Source: Macrostomum lignano
Lineage: Eukaryota
Direction of reading: 5' to 3'
NCBI GenBank assembly: GCA_002269645.1
Contig: NIVC01004199.1
Span: 1-55,705, forward strand
DNA length: 55,705 bases
Position 1 is the first letter of the stretch; every line of letters starts with the position of its first letter. The translations under genes were made by a program, and so were the position numbers. The notes below the pieces were generated by a model. The model was given only the letters and a program-made list of their open reading frames with translations, had not been told where the DNA came from and did no database searches. Shown piece by piece: positions 53,201 to 55,705 of this stretch.

Positions 53201-55705
53201 TCATAGAAGCGTCATGTAAAAAATCATAGAAGCGTCATGTAAAAATCATAGAAGCGTCATTAAAAATCATAGAAGCGTCATGTAAAAATCATAGAAGCGT
53301 CATTAAAAATCATAGAAGCGTCATGTTAAAAATCATAGAAGCGTCATGTAAAAAATCATAGAAGCGTCATGTAAACAATCATAGAAGCGTCATGTAAAAA
53401 TCATAGAAGCGTCATGTAAAAATCATAGAAGCGTCATGTAAAAATCATAGAAGCGTCATGTAAAAAATCATAGAAGCGTCATTAAAAATCATAGAAGCGT
53501 CATGTAAAAATCATAGAAGCGTCATGTAAACAATCATAGAAGCGTCATGTAAACAATCATAGAAGCGTCATTAAAAATCATAGAAGCGTCATGTAAAAAA
53601 TCATAGAAGCGTCATTAAAAATCATAGAAGCGTCATGTAAAAATCATAGAAGCGTCATGTAAAAAATCATAGAAGCGTCATGTAAAAATCATAGAAGCGT
53701 CATGTAAAAATCATAGAAGCGTCATTAAACAATCATAGAAGCGTCATGTAAAAATCATAGAAGCGTCATTAAAAATCATAGAAGCGTCATGTAAAAAATC
53801 ATAGAAGCGTCATATAAAAATCATAGAAGCGTCATGTAAAAAATCATAGAAGCGTCATGTAAAAAATCATAGAAGCGTCATGTAAAAATCATAGAAGCGT
53901 CATGTAAAAATCATAGAAGCGTCATGTAAAAATCATAGAAGCGTCATGTAAAAATCATAGAAGCGTCATTAAAAATCATAGAAGCGTCATGTAAAAATCA
54001 TAGAAGCGTCATTTAAAAATCATAGAAGCGTCATGTAAACAATCATAGAAGCGTCATTTAAAAAATCATAGAAGCGTCATGTAAACAATCATAGAAGCGT
54101 CATTAAAAATCATAGAAGCGTCATGTAAAAATCATAGAAGCGTCATGTAAAAATCATAGAAGCGTCATGTAAAAATCATAGAAGCGTCATGTAAAAATCA
54201 TAGAAGCGTCATTAAAAATCATAGAAGCGTCATGTAAACAATCATAGAAGCGTCATTAAAAAATCATAGAAGCGTCATGTAAAAATCATAGAAGCGTCAT
54301 TAAAAAATCATAGAAGCGTCATGTAAAAATCATAGAAGCGTCATGTAAAAAATCATAGAAGCGTCATGTAAAAATCATAGAAGCGTCATGTAAACAATCA
54401 TAGAAGCGTCATTAAAAAATCATAGAAGCGTCATGTAAACAATCATAGAAGCGTCATGTAAAAATCATAGAAGCGTCATTAAAAATCATAGAAGCGTCAT
54501 GTAAACAATCATAGAAGCGTCATTAAAAAATCATAGAAGCGTCATGTAAAAATCATAGAAGCGTCATTAAAAAATCATAGAAGCGTCATGTAAACAATCA
54601 TAGAAGCGTCATTAAAATCATAGAAGCGTCATTTAAAAATCATAGAAGCGTCATGTAAAAATCATAGAAGCGTCATTTAAAAATCATAGAAGCGTCATGT
54701 AAACAATCATAGAAGCGTCATTAAAAAATCATAGAAGCGTCATGTAAACAATCATAGAAGCGTCATGTAAAAAATCATAGAAGCGTCATTAAAAATCATA
54801 GAAGCGTCATGTAAAAATCATAGAAGCGTCATTAAAAATCATAGAAGCGTCATGTAAAAATCATAGAAGCGTCATGTAAAAATCATAGAAGCGTCATGTA
54901 AAAATCATAGAAGCGTCATGTAAAAATCATAGAAGCGTCATTAAAAATCATAGAAGCGTCATGTAAAAATCATAGAAGCGTCATGTAAAAAATCATAGAA
55001 GCGTCATATAAAAATCATAGAAGCGTCATGTAAAAAATCATAGAAGCGTCATGTAAAAAATCATAGAAGCGTCATGTAAAAATCATAGAAGCGTCATTAA
55101 AAAATCATAGAAGCGTCATGTAAAAATCATAGAAGCGTCATTAAAAAATCATAGAAGCGTCATGTAAAAATCATAGAAGCGTCATGTAAAAAATCATAGA
55201 AGCGTCATGTAAACAATCATAGAAGCGTCATAAAAAAATCATAGAAGCGTCATTAAAAATCATAGAAGCGTCATGTAAAAAATCATAGAAGCGTCATAAA
55301 AAATTATAGAAGCGTCATGTAAACAATCATAGAAGCGTCATGTAAAAATCATAGAAGCGTCATGTAAACAATCATAGAAGCGTCATGTAAACAATCATAG
55401 AAGCGTCATGTAAACAATCATAAAGCGTCATGTAAACAATCATAGAAGCGTCATGTAAACAATCATGAAAGCGTCATGTAAACAATCATAGAAGCGTCAT
55501 TTAAAAATCATAGAAGCGTCATGTAAACAATCATAGAAGCGTCATTTAAAAAATCATAGAAGCGTCATGTAAAAATCATAGAAGCGTCAATTAAAAATCA
55601 TAGAAGCGTCATTAAAAATCATAGAAGCGTCATGTAAAAATCATAGAAGCGTCATGTAAAAAATCATAGAAGCGTCATGTAAACAATCATAGAAGCGTCA
55701 TTTAA
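41257..55705. repeat. AT-rich 23-bp (22-23) satellite array, unit ATCATAGAAGCGTCATGTAAACA and variants; runs off the window end
   Basis: 14.4 kb uninterrupted, roughly 630-650 units by length/unit. The invariant part is ATCATAGAAGCGTCAT; the variable part is GTAAAC/GTAAAA/TTAAAA/ATAAAA. Confidence 0.99.

Overview
Eukaryotic, intron-containing, tandem-repeat-rich genomic DNA. The GC-rich coding exons and minisatellite-filled introns resemble a free-living flatworm such as Macrostomum, but that is an inference only. I reconstructed spliced gene models by hand using GT-AG sites and codon-phase checks. They are: (1) the first three coding exons of PARP1 (minus, 5034->1606); (2) an ankyrin-repeat + Mab-21/cGAS-like receptor (cGLR) fusion gene (minus, 13413->9256, ~1041 aa, N-myristoylation-like start); (3) a complete 13-exon SLC24/NCKX Na+/Ca2+-K+ exchanger (plus, 16366-28513, 728 aa); (4) a second, paralogous ankyrin-cGLR fusion with an N-terminal transmembrane anchor (plus, 32484-36056, one 1-nt frameshift); (5) a secreted WSC + PAN/apple protein (minus, 40049->37291, 220 aa). 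Mobile DNA includes two TIR elements with perfect 8-bp TSDs, a tRNA/CORE SINE, a truncated Penelope-like element with a hammerhead ribozyme, and a probable non-autonomous Helitron 5' end that runs into a 14.4-kb 23-bp satellite filling the last quarter of the window. Most long ORFs in the six-frame track are repeat artefacts. The best candidate for a new system is the pair of putatively membrane-targeted ankyrin-cGAS-like receptors.
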